Source: Pontiella sp.
GTDB lineage: Bacteria > Verrucomicrobiota > Kiritimatiellia > Kiritimatiellales > Pontiellaceae
Length of the DNA: 64,000 bases
Assembly: GCA_050290185.1 (NCBI GenBank)
Contig: JBNKHE010000011.1
Span: forward strand, 1 to 64,000
Direction: 5' to 3'
Part shown: piece after piece, positions 20,613 to 30,196 of the stretch
How positions within the stretch are numbered: the first letter of the stretch is position 1
Layout of the letters: each line of letters opens with the position of its first letter
Position numbers and translations under genes: made by a program
Notes under the pieces: model-generated
Databases searched by the model: none
The model's input: the letters and a program-made list of their open reading frames with translations, nothing else
What the model was told of the DNA's origin: nothing

Positions 20613-23216
20613 ATGATGTTCAGGTATATTCTTTCGGTTGCATTAATTGCATGTCTTGCGGGATGCAAAGAGGAAAAAAAGGACCCGCTCCGGCTGGATC
20701 ATTCCGTCGAGCCGTTATCGCAGTTGATATCCCTTTCGCTGGATCCCGGCAAGGATGTCTACTCCGGCGAGGTTACCACTGAAATCCAGGTGCACTCCGC
20801 CACGAAAACCTTTCGGTTGCATGCCCGGGGTCCCGGCATCCTGGCAATGAGGATCACAGGAAACGGTAAGAATGAAGAGGTTTCGTTCATGGAAGGGGAA
20901 AAGGGAACCTTGACGGTTACTGCGGCACGTGAACTCGAACCCGCGGTCTATTCCCTGCACACGACATTCACCAATACATACAGCCTTCAAGGCACAGGCA
21001 TCTACAAGGTGACCTATGAAGGCCGGAACTATTTGTTCTCCCAGTTCGAGCCGGAATATGCGCGGGAATCTTTTCCTTGCTGGGATGCTCCCGAATTCAA
21101 GATTCCATGGGAGATGCAGCTCATTGTTCCTTCCAACTATACGGCTGTTGCCAACACGCCCGTCAAATCGGAACGCCTGATCGGCGAACAGAAGGAAGTG
21201 GTCTTCGAGCAGACGAAGCCGATGCCCTCCTATCTGGTGGCGCTGGCGGTAGGCGAGTTTGATCGCATCCCGGTTCCGGGCTTGCCTGATCCTGGACATA
21301 TCATCGTGCCCAACGGGAAATCCGGTCTTGCCGCGGAGGCCGTCCGGATCGCGCCGCCGTTGCTCCGGGCGTTGGAGGATTATTTCGAGATCCCTTATCC
21401 CTACGCCAAGCTTGATATGGTCGCGGTCCCCGAATTCAACTATGGCGCCATGGAAAACGTCGGCCTGATCACCTATCGGGACACCATACTGTTGCGCGAT
21501 CCCAAGGCGGTTTCGCTATCCCAGAAACAACGGATCGCATCGGTTATTGCCCACGAGATGTCGCACATGTGGTTTGGCGATCTGGTCACGCCGAAATGGT
21601 GGGACGATCTTTGGCTGAATGAATCGTTCGCATCGTGGATGGCGCTGAAGGTGGTCAACCAGGTGTTCCCTGAATACGAAATGGCGAACAACGATATCCA
21701 GTCGCGCCAGTACGCCATGGAAACCGATGCGCTCTCCACCTCCCGGCCGATCCGGCGCACCATTGCGGCTTCCGATGCCATGCAGCACCTGTTCGATCGC
21801 CTGGCCTACAACAAAGGAATGGCTGTTCTCGATATGGTTGAAGACTGGATGGGCGAAGAGCCGTTCCGCAAGGGAATGATCCAATACATGAACGACCGGG
21901 CATGGGGCAATGCCGACGCGTTCGATCTTGCTGAATCGCTTTCCTCGGTGGTCGATGGTGATGTGCTGGCCATCATGAAAAGTTTCGTCAACCAGGCCGG
22001 CATCCCGTTCCTTGAAATCGCACCGCTTGGAGGCAATACGATCCGGATCACACAAAAGAGATATGCCCAGTATGGCGTGCAGCCCCAGGGCAACTCCTTG
22101 TGGACCGTGCCCGTGGCCATCGAATATTCTGATGGAGAAAACACCCATATTCAAAAGGTGCTGCTCAGTAAAGCGTCGCAAACATTCAAGCTCGATCATC
22201 CGGCGGTTTGGCTCTATCCCAACGCGGATGAAAAGGGATACTATCGCTGGGCACTATCCCCCGAACAGATGGCCGTGCTTGCCGACGAGATCCCCCGGCT
22301 GGGCATCCGCAACCGCATCGGGTTCATCAGCAACCTTGAAGCGCTCTTCTTCGCCGGCGAAATTACGGCGGACAGCTATCTTGGGATCCTGGCCTCGTTT
22401 GCGGACGATCCTTCGCCGGAAGTGCGGCAATCCGTAGTGGGAAAACTGAGCGGTTTTCCCAACGGAATGGTTCCGCAGGAACTCGACAATGACTACGGCG
22501 CATTTCTAGCGACCGTCTTCAGGCCGATGCTGGAAACCATCGGCATTGAAAAGGTGGATGGCGAGCCCGTGTTGAACGAGCAGCTCCGCTGCGACCTGAT
22601 CGGCGGACTGGGATGGCGCTGCAAGGCCCCGGAAATACTTGAGCTGGCTAAAGAAAAAGCCCGCGCCTATATGGAAGATCCCTACTCGGTCGATCCGTCG
22701 CTCGCCCAGCCCTTTCTCCGGCTGGCCGCCATGAACGGAGATGCGGAACTGTTCAATGCCTATGTCGGAAAATACGAGTCGTCCGCCATCCCTGTTGAAA
22801 AGGCCAACTTTCTGAGCGGATTATCCGGGTTCAGGGATCCGGTGCTGATGAAAAAGGCGTTAAACTATGCCATCAGCGATTCCGTTCTTCCGCATCAGTT
22901 CGGCAGCATTCCATACCACCTCACCGATACCGACCAAGACCGGCAGATGGTCCTCGACTGGCTGGAAAGCAACTACCCGGCCATCCGGAAAAAGATACCG
23001 GAACAGTCATTGAGCTACCTGCCGTGGCTATTTTGCGGCCACTCCCCGGATCTGCTGGCTCATGCCAGAACCTTCCTGCTCGCGGACGGGCGGAAAACCC
23101 AGGGCATGGCGATCGAGTTCGGAAAGGCCGATGCCGTCGTGACGCTGAATGCCGGCCTGCGGAAAAAGGAGCTCGAAAACATCAAGCGGTTTTTGAAGGA
23201 GCAAAACACCCCTTAA
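20613..23216 (+). CDS. M1-family aminopeptidase, predicted lipoprotein
   Basis: Lipobox LAGC; SQFEP, FPCWD, GAMEN, HEMSH-x18-E (LWLNES), AYNKG; ERAP1_C-like tail. Confidence 0.95.
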   Translation: MMFRYILSVALIACLAGCKEEKKDPLRLDHSVEPLSQLISLSLDPGKDVYSGEVTTEIQVHSATKTFRLHARGPGILAMRITGNGKNEEVSFMEGEKGTLTVTAARELEPAVYSLHTTFTNTYSLQGTGIYKVTYEGRNYLFSQFEPEYARESFPCWDAPEFKIPWEMQLIVPSNYTAVANTPVKSERLIGEQKEVVFEQTKPMPSYLVALAVGEFDRIPVPGLPDPGHIIVPNGKSGLAAEAVRIAPPLLRALEDYFEIPYPYAKLDMVAVPEFNYGAMENVGLITYRDTILLRDPKAVSLSQKQRIASVIAHEMSHMWFGDLVTPKWWDDLWLNESFASWMALKVVNQVFPEYEMANNDIQSRQYAMETDALSTSRPIRRTIAASDAMQHLFDRLAYNKGMAVLDMVEDWMGEEPFRKGMIQYMNDRAWGNADAFDLAESLSSVVDGDVLAIMKSFVNQAGIPFLEIAPLGGNTIRITQKRYAQYGVQPQGNSLWTVPVAIEYSDGENTHIQKVLLSKASQTFKLDHPAVWLYPNADEKGYYRWALSPEQMAVLADEIPRLGIRNRIGFISNLEALFFAGEITADSYLGILASFADDPSPEVRQSVVGKLSGFPNGMVPQELDNDYGAFLATVFRPMLETIGIEKVDGEPVLNEQLRCDLIGGLGWRCKAPEILELAKEKARAYMEDPYSVDPSLAQPFLRLAAMNGDAELFNAYVGKYESSAIPVEKANFLSGLSGFRDPVLMKKALNYAISDSVLPHQFGSIPYHLTDTDQDRQMVLDWLESNYPAIRKKIPEQSLSYLPWLFCGHSPDLLAHARTFLLADGRKTQGMAIEFGKADAVVTLNAGLRKKELENIKRFLKEQNTP

Positions 23217-23290
23217 GGCAGGAGCAAGCCGGGCTTGGTATTGTTGCCATTCCTTTCAGTCATTGCCACGCATGCGCGTAGCCTCTCTCG

Positions 23291-23405
23291 CTACGCTCGG
23301 GTACCGCGGATCTTCGACATGTTCCGCGAGCGTTCCTCTGGAGTAAGCGAATCCATAGGCGGATCCTACGGCTTCGCAGTGTTAGGTGTTAAGTTTTAAG
23401 TGTCA
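23291..23405 (-). pseudogene. Duplicated vsr 5' end plus upstream heptamer array (direct repeat of 20265-20365)
   Basis: 38 bp identical (23304-23341 = 20265-20302) and similar over ~100 bp. Mini-ORF 23356->23291 reads MDSLTPEERSRNMSKIRGTRA*. Confidence 0.88.
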
Positions 23406-23429
23406 GGGAATGGCGACGGAGGATGGGGG

Positions 23430-23630
23430 GCTCTGTGATCTCTGTGTGAGACGAAACCAGCGGAAGTGGATATCACGCAGAGCCAACGGAGCCAGCAGAG
23501 GGTAGGGCTGCCTCTCCGAGGCCGCCGAATACTCCAAACTGCCAACTTCAAACTTATCATTTGCACGCAGAGCCAGCGGAGATAACAGGGCAGAACGCCT
23601 CTGTGTGTCTCGGTGCTCTCTGTGGTGAAA
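23430..23630. repeat. Nonamer-period/REP-like repeat patchwork (right island flank)
   Basis: TCACGCAGAGCCAACGGAGCCAGCAGAGGGTAGGGCTGC...CCGCCGAAT (23473-23530) is homologous to 12232-12283. Further arms at 23430, 23563 and 23598. Confidence 0.8.
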
Positions 23631-23698
23631 GTATCATGGTGTTCGGATCAGGAAAGATGCAGTTATCCCCCCGTTATCCGATTGGATTCTGCTACGGG

Positions 23699-23920
23699 TT
23701 AAACCCCGTAGGGAACATACGGATAGTTGGTCGGATAGATGATTGGAGCGTTCCTTGCCAGCATGAACAGCAACGCCACAAAGGTAACGAACAGCAACGT
23801 CAATCCCACGCCGACCCAGAAATGGCTGCTGTGGAGATGCTCGTCGATGTGGTGCCATAGAGTCAGCATGCCGTCATGCATTTGATGGCTCCAATGTTTC
23901 ATGGTTTCTGCCGTATGCAT
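23699..23920 (-). CDS. Small single-TM, His-rich membrane protein
   Basis: GGAGG RBS; His-rich N-term; TM FWVGVGLTLLFVTFVALLFMLA. Confidence 0.7.
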   Translation of the reverse strand: MHTAETMKHWSHQMHDGMLTLWHHIDEHLHSSHFWVGVGLTLLFVTFVALLFMLARNAPIIYPTNYPYVPYGV

Positions 23921-24120
23921 TAGTCTCGCCTCCTTCCATCTGAATTAGAGTCCAAAGTGGCCAAAAACGTTGGCTGTTATCTGCCAGCGAATAGCTCGGG
24001 GCAGGGGAAGGCCCTTCCGTGCGGGACCTGTCCGTTGGCGGGGATGAATGGGCGAGATGGGGCTTTTCGGGCGTGCGGGCTTTGTATAGGGTTTGCTTAA
24101 GTCGAACAAGCGGAGTTGGT

Positions 24121-25203
24121 ATGAAACCTAGGTGTGTTGTAGCAATCGTGATGTTGGCCGGCGTGTGCGGTATTGCACTGGCCGAGGTGCATGTCTGGAC
24201 CGATACGGAGGGCCGGACGGCGAGGGCGGAGTTCGTGGGGCTTGAGGGCGATACGCTGATTCTCCAGAAGGGCTCGAAGACCATACGGGTGCCGCTGGCC
24301 AATTTTTCGGAAGAAGACCAGGCCTATGCTCACGAGCAGGTGGAGAAGGCCAAGGCGGAGCAGGAGCGGCTGGCAAAGGAACGCGCTGAAAAGCTGGTGT
24401 CGCTGAAGGGGTATCATACGAACGTGGCCATCAAGGAGCGGCGCTGGGCGGATTGGGAGGACTATTATGATGAGTCCATCTGCGGCGACGATATGAAGGA
24501 TTTTTTCGAGGACGAGCGGAGCATCGTCGACCTCAAGAGCAAGGGGGTGTTCGTGTCGGTCGAGGAGGCGGTTCGTCCGTCGGGATATGCACCGACCATG
24601 ACGACCTACTGTCCGGAGGACTATGACGGAACCCAGCCGTACGGGATCTATATCCACATATCCCCGGGCGGCGGAGCGATCAATCCGGATGCCGGCTACC
24701 AGAAAATGATGCAGAAGTACCACCTGGTCTATGCGTCCATGAATGGAACCAGCAACGACGATGCCGACATGCGCCGGCTGGCGATCACGCTGGATGCGCT
24801 GGCTCAGCTGCGGAAGGACTACAACGTTGATGAAAACCGCGTCTATGTGGGCGGCACGAGCGGCGGGGGAGCGGAGGCGACCATGGCGGCTTTTCTCTAC
24901 CCCGACGATTTTTGCGGTTCCCTCAATTCGGTTCGCAGCTTCTCGGTGACATCCAGCTCATGCCTGCCGTTTGCAAGTGGTTCGGATATCAGCAAGTCGG
25001 CCCGGAAAAAGCTTCCGTTTGCGTTCATCAGCGGACCGGGGGATATGAACTACCCGTACATGCCCGATAAGGAGCAGAACTTTCTGGACAACGGTTTCAA
25101 AGCGAAATTTTTCGACATCCCCGGCATGAATCATGAAACCGCCTCGGCCGAGACCTTTGATATGGTCATGGTATGGATCGAGGACAAGAATCCGCGGCTG
25201 TAG
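24121..25203 (+). CDS. Secreted SHD1-like domain plus alpha/beta hydrolase (esterase-like)
   Basis: Signal peptide; HVWTDTEGRTARAEF...FSEEDQAY; DENRVYVGGTSGGG nucleophile elbow; MNHE. Confidence 0.85.
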   Translation: MKPRCVVAIVMLAGVCGIALAEVHVWTDTEGRTARAEFVGLEGDTLILQKGSKTIRVPLANFSEEDQAYAHEQVEKAKAEQERLAKERAEKLVSLKGYHTNVAIKERRWADWEDYYDESICGDDMKDFFEDERSIVDLKSKGVFVSVEEAVRPSGYAPTMTTYCPEDYDGTQPYGIYIHISPGGGAINPDAGYQKMMQKYHLVYASMNGTSNDDADMRRLAITLDALAQLRKDYNVDENRVYVGGTSGGGAEATMAAFLYPDDFCGSLNSVRSFSVTSSSCLPFASGSDISKSARKKLPFAFISGPGDMNYPYMPDKEQNFLDNGFKAKFFDIPGMNHETASAETFDMVMVWIEDKNPRL

Positions 25204-25244
25204 CATTAGGTTTTCGCTGGATCGTGACCCGGTCCATGAGAAAG

Positions 25245-25271
25245 AAAAAAGGCGGCCGGTGGCCGCCTTTT
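25245..25271. terminator. Bidirectional terminator
   Basis: AAAAAA-GGCGGCC-GGT-GGCCGCC-TTTT between convergent genes. Confidence 0.85.
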
Positions 25272-25293
25272 ATGTCTGCTGAGGGGGAGGAGA

Positions 25294-26304
25294 CTAGTCG
25301 TCGATCAGTTTCCCGCCGACCTTGAAAGATTCGTTGCGGTTGGCGGTTTTGAGGCGGTTGTATTCGGCCCGGGTGAGGGCGAGGACGGTGCCGTGGCGGA
25401 CGGGGTGGAAGGGGAAGTCCATTCTGTCGCCGTCGTCGAAGTCGCCTGAGCCAAGGTCGTCGGTGATAAACGGCTGGTAGCCCTTGCCTTGGCTGTAGAA
25501 GTCGAGCAGCAGGCACCATTTGGCGGGCTTGTTGCCGTTCGGCGGTTTGATCATGAAGCAGGTGGGGCCTTCGTAGCCGGTCAGCTTGGAAAGGGAGAAG
25601 TCGTCCAATCTTTCCCATTCACCCATGATGCTGTCGCACTTTTCCATGGTGATGGCTTTGTACTCTTCGTCCTTGGTGAAGCGGTAGTAGGCGCCGTTTT
25701 CGCGAATGATGGTGGTGTCGATGACGTGGGTCGGCTTTTCAATGTAGATGAAGGGATTTCCAAATTCCTTGAAGTCCTTGGTGCGGCAGGCCCAGATGCG
25801 CTGCTTGGAAAAGTTGTCGTGGGCGGTCTTGGAGGCCCAGAAGACCATGTATTCGCCCCGTTCGGGATCGTAGATGGCTTCGGGCGCCCAGGTGCAGCCG
25901 GCGTCTCCGGCGGCAACTGTGACAAGGCGAGGCTCGCTCCAATTGACCAGATCTTCCGATTCCCAAACCACGATGGCCTGGCTGGCAGCGGTCTGCGCAC
26001 GGCCCCAGTTGCCGTTGAGGTGGATCGAGAGGTCGGTGGCGATGCAGTAGAATTTCTTGTTGTCGTGCGAGCGGAGGATGAAGGGGTCGCGTACGCCCTT
26101 TTCGCCGAGGGTGCTGACAAGCACCGGATCTTCATCGTTGAGCGCTTTCCAGTCGCGGCCGTTTTGGCTGAGCATGAAGTAGATCTGTTCGGTCATGGGC
26201 GTGGCTTCGCCGCGGAAGGTGACGAAGAGGTAGCCGCCGATGGATTCGGCGTAGACGCTGGCGCTGATGCATAGGGCCAGCAGGGTGATGATTCGTTTTT
26301 TCAT
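25294..26304 (-). CDS. Secreted GH43-family glycoside hydrolase
   Basis: Signal peptide; GVRDPFI, WAPEAIYD, VIDTTI, YEGP, RHG motifs. Confidence 0.9.
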   Translation of the reverse strand: MKKRIITLLALCISASVYAESIGGYLFVTFRGEATPMTEQIYFMLSQNGRDWKALNDEDPVLVSTLGEKGVRDPFILRSHDNKKFYCIATDLSIHLNGNWGRAQTAASQAIVVWESEDLVNWSEPRLVTVAAGDAGCTWAPEAIYDPERGEYMVFWASKTAHDNFSKQRIWACRTKDFKEFGNPFIYIEKPTHVIDTTIIRENGAYYRFTKDEEYKAITMEKCDSIMGEWERLDDFSLSKLTGYEGPTCFMIKPPNGNKPAKWCLLLDFYSQGKGYQPFITDDLGSGDFDDGDRMDFPFHPVRHGTVLALTRAEYNRLKTANRNESFKVGGKLIDD

Positions 26305-26563
26305 GATGGGGTGCTCCGTTTTGGGATCATGTTGGAAAAGTCGACCCACTTGTTCTCACAAAGCGGTCGGGTTTGTCAATCCGCGTGCGTTTTCAAAGGC
26401 AGGCACTCTCGATGAGGTAATTACAGGAGCCTTCCGGCATTCCCTCCGGCGAAACCTCATCCAAAGGGATTTCATGATGGATCAATATTCGTACTAGGCA
26501 TTGGAGGTGAAATAATGTTTAGTTTCCCGATATAGCACATTTGCAAACCAGGAGAGGGTGACT

Positions 26564-27022
26564 ATGGAAATCAAGGACATCAAACGCATCGTTGAAATGA
26601 TGAAGTCGAACGATCTGACTGAATTCTCGATGAAAGACGACGCAATCGAACTAACCATGAAACGCGGCAACAGCGAAGCCCCGCAGGTCGTTTATGCCTC
26701 CGCCCCGGCGGCAGCCCCCGCGGCAGCTCCGGCAGCCGCTGCAGCATCGGCCCCGGCCCCGGCGGGTTCGGAAGATGATGGCCTGATCGAGATTCCCTCT
26801 CCGATCGTCGGCACCTTTTACCGCAAGCCGGCTCCCGATGCCGATAATTTCGTATCCCAGGGGGATGAAGTGTCCGAAGATACGGTGGTCTGCATTGTCG
26901 AAGCCATGAAGGTGATGAACGAAATCAAGGCTGACGTGCGGGGCGTGATCAAGAAGATCCTCGTCGACGACGCATCGCCGGTGCAGTATGGCCAGCCGCT
27001 CTTCCTCGTTGAACCCAAGTAA
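26564..27022 (+). CDS. accB: Acetyl-CoA carboxylase biotin carboxyl carrier protein
   Basis: SPIVGTFY, EAMKVMNEI, Ala/Pro linker. Confidence 0.98.
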   Translation: MEIKDIKRIVEMMKSNDLTEFSMKDDAIELTMKRGNSEAPQVVYASAPAAAPAAAPAAAAASAPAPAGSEDDGLIEIPSPIVGTFYRKPAPDADNFVSQGDEVSEDTVVCIVEAMKVMNEIKADVRGVIKKILVDDASPVQYGQPLFLVEPK

Positions 27023-27033
27023 GGGAGCCGTCC

Positions 27034-28395
27034 ATGTTTGAAAAGGTATTGATCGCCAATCGCGGCGAAATTGCGTTGCGCATCATCCGCGCCTGCAAGG
27101 AACTGGGTGTGCGTACCGTTGCCGTCTATTCCGAGGCCGATGCGGACTCGCTGCATGTGCAGATGGCCGACGAGGCCGTATGCATTGGCCCCGCTTCCGC
27201 CACCAATAGTTATTTGAAGATCAGCAACATTATCAGTGCCGCCGAAATTGCCGATGTGGATGCAATTCATCCGGGCTACGGCTTCATGGCGGAAAACGCC
27301 CATTTCGCCGAAATCTGCGCCAATTGCAACATCACCTTCATCGGACCGCAGCCCGACTGCATCCGCAACATGGGGGACAAGGCGATTGCACGCGATACGA
27401 TGAAGGCGGCCGGTGTACCGATCACCCCCGGTTCGGACGGCATCCTGAAGACGTCGGACGAAGCGCTGAAGCTCGCCCAGCAGATGGGCTATCCGGTGCT
27501 GCTCAAGGCCGTGGCCGGCGGCGGCGGCAAGGGCATGCGCGTGGCACGCAATGATGTTTCGCTGGTTCAGGGTTTCATGGCCGCGGCGGCCGAGGGGGAA
27601 GCCTCGTTCGGCAACCCCGACCTGTTCATGGAAAAATACATCGAGTCCGCCCGGCACGTTGAAGTGCAGATCATCGGCGACAAGCACGGCAACGTCTGCC
27701 ATCTGGGCGAACGCGACTGCTCGATCCAGCGCCGCCACCAGAAGCTGGTGGAGGAGGCTCCGTGCCCGTCGCTGACCGACGAAGAACGCAAGGCGCTCGG
27801 CGATGCCGCCGTCAAGGCCGCCAAAGCCGTGAACTACGACAGCGCCGGTACGCTTGAGTTCCTTTACGACGAAACGGCGAAGCAGTTCTATTTCATGGAA
27901 ATGAACACCCGCATCCAGGTGGAGCATACGGTTTCCGAAGAGGTGAGCGGGATCGACCTGATGAAGGAGCAGATCCGCGTGGCGGCTGGCGAAAAGCTTT
28001 CGTTCACGCAGGACGAGATGGTGGTTCGCGGCCATGCGATCGAATACCGCGTGAACGCCGAGGATCCCTACAACAACTTTACGCCGTCGCCGGGGCTGGT
28101 GGAAGCGGTGCATTTCCCGGGTGGACCGGGAATCCGCATTGATTCGCACGTCTATTCCGGCTACACGATTTCGCCCTACTACGACAGCATGATCGGCAAG
28201 ATCATTGCCAAGGGCAGGGACCGCGAGGAAGCGCTTGCCCGCATGCGCCGCGCGCTGGAGGAGTTCACCATCAACGGTCCGCATACCTCCGTTCCGCTGG
28301 GCGAGGCGCTGATGTACGATTCACGCTTTGTCGAGGGGCGGTACAACACCGCCTTCCTGGAAAAGTTCATGCACGAAGTGTTTCTTAATGCCTAA
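27034..28395 (+). CDS. accC: Biotin carboxylase
   Basis: LIANRGEIA, HPGYGF, GGGGKGMR, ERDCSIQRRHQK, EMNTRIQVEH. Confidence 0.98.
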   Translation: MFEKVLIANRGEIALRIIRACKELGVRTVAVYSEADADSLHVQMADEAVCIGPASATNSYLKISNIISAAEIADVDAIHPGYGFMAENAHFAEICANCNITFIGPQPDCIRNMGDKAIARDTMKAAGVPITPGSDGILKTSDEALKLAQQMGYPVLLKAVAGGGGKGMRVARNDVSLVQGFMAAAAEGEASFGNPDLFMEKYIESARHVEVQIIGDKHGNVCHLGERDCSIQRRHQKLVEEAPCPSLTDEERKALGDAAVKAAKAVNYDSAGTLEFLYDETAKQFYFMEMNTRIQVEHTVSEEVSGIDLMKEQIRVAAGEKLSFTQDEMVVRGHAIEYRVNAEDPYNNFTPSPGLVEAVHFPGGPGIRIDSHVYSGYTISPYYDSMIGKIIAKGRDREEALARMRRALEEFTINGPHTSVPLGEALMYDSRFVEGRYNTAFLEKFMHEVFLNA

Positions 28396-28416
28396 TTACG
28401 AGAAGGAGACGGAATC

Positions 28417-28836
28417 ATGAAAGATGAAACAGCAGTAGTGGAAGATGCCCTGGAACTCACGGTTTCCGAACCGACCGGTTCAGACTACGGGCAGATCTTC
28501 ATCAATAACAACGTCATTGCCGTTATTGCGCACGAAACCGCCAAAAAGGTTCCGGGTGTGGTTGAGCTGCAAGGTTCTCTGGCGGACGATCTGGCCGGCA
28601 TCATCGGGAAGAAGTCGAAGGACAAGGGCATTCGCGTGGAGAAAGAGGGCGAAGAGCTGATCGCCATCGATCTGGCCGTTGTGCTGGAATTCGGCATCCG
28701 CATTCCGGACATCTGCGTGCAGTTGCAGTCGGAAGTCAAGGCGGCGGTCGAGGAGATGACCGGCAAGCATGTTTCCAGGGTGAATATTGTGGTTCAGGGC
28801 ATTCGCAATACGGGTGAACCGAAAGCCGAGGGATAA
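28417..28836 (+). CDS. Asp23/Gls24 family protein
   Basis: GQIFINNNVIAVIA...VPGV...KGIRVE...LQSEVKAAVEEMTG. Confidence 0.92.
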   Translation: MKDETAVVEDALELTVSEPTGSDYGQIFINNNVIAVIAHETAKKVPGVVELQGSLADDLAGIIGKKSKDKGIRVEKEGEELIAIDLAVVLEFGIRIPDICVQLQSEVKAAVEEMTGKHVSRVNIVVQGIRNTGEPKAEG

Positions 28837-28839
28837 AGC

Positions 28840-29394
28840 ATGACTACCCTGATCAAGAAGGCAGCGGATGTGTTTGTCGCACTGCTTCTGCTGGTTGCGG
28901 GGTGCTGGCTGGTTTACAGCAGCTGGTTCAATACGGAAGCGATCAGCGAGGTTTTGGGTAGTGTACAGAACTCTTCGTTTTTCACCACGGTGGTCGGATT
29001 GGTGCTGATTCTCTCCGTTTTGCTGCGGCTTTCCGCCGGTAGCAAGCGCAGGAAAAAGGAAACCTTCATCGACTTCCAATCTGAAGACGGCAGCGTGGGC
29101 ATCAGCACCCAGGCGATCCAGGATTTCATCGAACGGGTCGGCAAGGAATTCGCCGCGGTAAAGAGTATTGAAAGCCGGCTGATCCAGGGCAAGGGCAATC
29201 TGGATATCGTGATGGGGGTGCGCGTGGTTTCGGGCAACAAGATTCCTGAACTTTCGCAGGTTCTGCAGCAGCGCGTCCGGGAAAGTGTCCGCGAGTCGCT
29301 GGGGCTGGAGGGCATTGGCTCCATTACGGTTCAGGTGAAGGAGATTGTGGGCGCACCGGAAAAACCCGCCCAGCCTGTAGCCGACAGCGAATAG
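28840..29394 (+). CDS. amaP: AmaP-like alkaline shock response membrane anchor
   Basis: Two N-terminal TMs, then GSVGISTQAIQD...IPELSQVLQQRVRES; adjacent to asp23. Confidence 0.75.
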   Translation: MTTLIKKAADVFVALLLLVAGCWLVYSSWFNTEAISEVLGSVQNSSFFTTVVGLVLILSVLLRLSAGSKRRKKETFIDFQSEDGSVGISTQAIQDFIERVGKEFAAVKSIESRLIQGKGNLDIVMGVRVVSGNKIPELSQVLQQRVRESVRESLGLEGIGSITVQVKEIVGAPEKPAQPVADSE

Positions 29395-29438
29395 GCCGCA
29401 CCATGGGCCGGTTCATATGGAAATACGAAGGAGCACGC

Positions 29439-30179
29439 ATGCCGTTGCTCCTTCTTTTTTTGTCGTTGCTCCTATCGGGATGCACCGGTTTTATGAACGG
29501 CCGGCCGGAGGGGCCGTGGTACAAGGCCTACCAGCCGATCAACGATCCGGATTCCGAGACCTTCCGCTCCGCCGTGTTCGAAGAGGCCCGGGCTGAGTTC
29601 GGCGGGCCGGCCATCCCGGTCAACGAGGTGCTGTTGCGCCGTTCCCGAAAAACCAGGGAGGCGCGCCGCTACCGACTTGGCGAGGATTTCTCGCTCACGG
29701 AATGCATCGATCCTACCAACGGGTTGTTTGTGATCTACATTGGCGTTGATCCGGGCGACTCCAACTACTATGCCTTGCTGGCCCATGAATGCGCGCACCT
29801 GCTGAACCCGTATATTACCGATTGGTATATGGAAGGCATTGCAACCGTCTTTTCCGAGCAGGTGTGTGAGGAGCAGGGGAAGGAGTGGGGCGACTGGAAG
29901 CGCCATTTCATAAAATCGCGGCGCGAGCCCTATGCGCTTTCCTACCGTATGATGCTCGAACTTCAGCAAGCGTTTCCGGAAGATTATCCCTTGATGCTGC
30001 AGTATACCGCCTCCAAGAGTGCTGATACACCGTGGCTGCGCATCGATATCGACCGTTGGATCGCTACGCTTCCGTCCGGAAGGCAGCAGGAAGCGCGGGA
30101 TATCATCGATCCCTATACCTCCGTGTTGCGCAAACATACCGATAAGGTCTATGGTTTTGCCGTACCCGGAAACCCGTAG
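29439..30179 (+). CDS. Hypothetical lipoprotein with HExxH zincin motif
   Basis: Lipobox LLSGC; LAHECAH...WYMEG; AGGAG RBS before ATG 29439 (ATG 29403 is an alternative). Confidence 0.7.
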   Translation: MPLLLLFLSLLLSGCTGFMNGRPEGPWYKAYQPINDPDSETFRSAVFEEARAEFGGPAIPVNEVLLRRSRKTREARRYRLGEDFSLTECIDPTNGLFVIYIGVDPGDSNYYALLAHECAHLLNPYITDWYMEGIATVFSEQVCEEQGKEWGDWKRHFIKSRREPYALSYRMMLELQQAFPEDYPLMLQYTASKSADTPWLRIDIDRWIATLPSGRQQEARDIIDPYTSVLRKHTDKVYGFAVPGNP

Positions 30180-30196
30180 AGAAAGGAGAACACACC

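Noticed and set aside
23960..23990. sigma54 promoter for the small membrane gene 23699..23920
   Set aside because: Spacing is GG-N9-GC, which breaks the strict -24/-12 rule.
26690..26770. GC-rich tandem repeats inside accB
   Set aside because: This is the ordinary Ala/Pro linker of BCCP.
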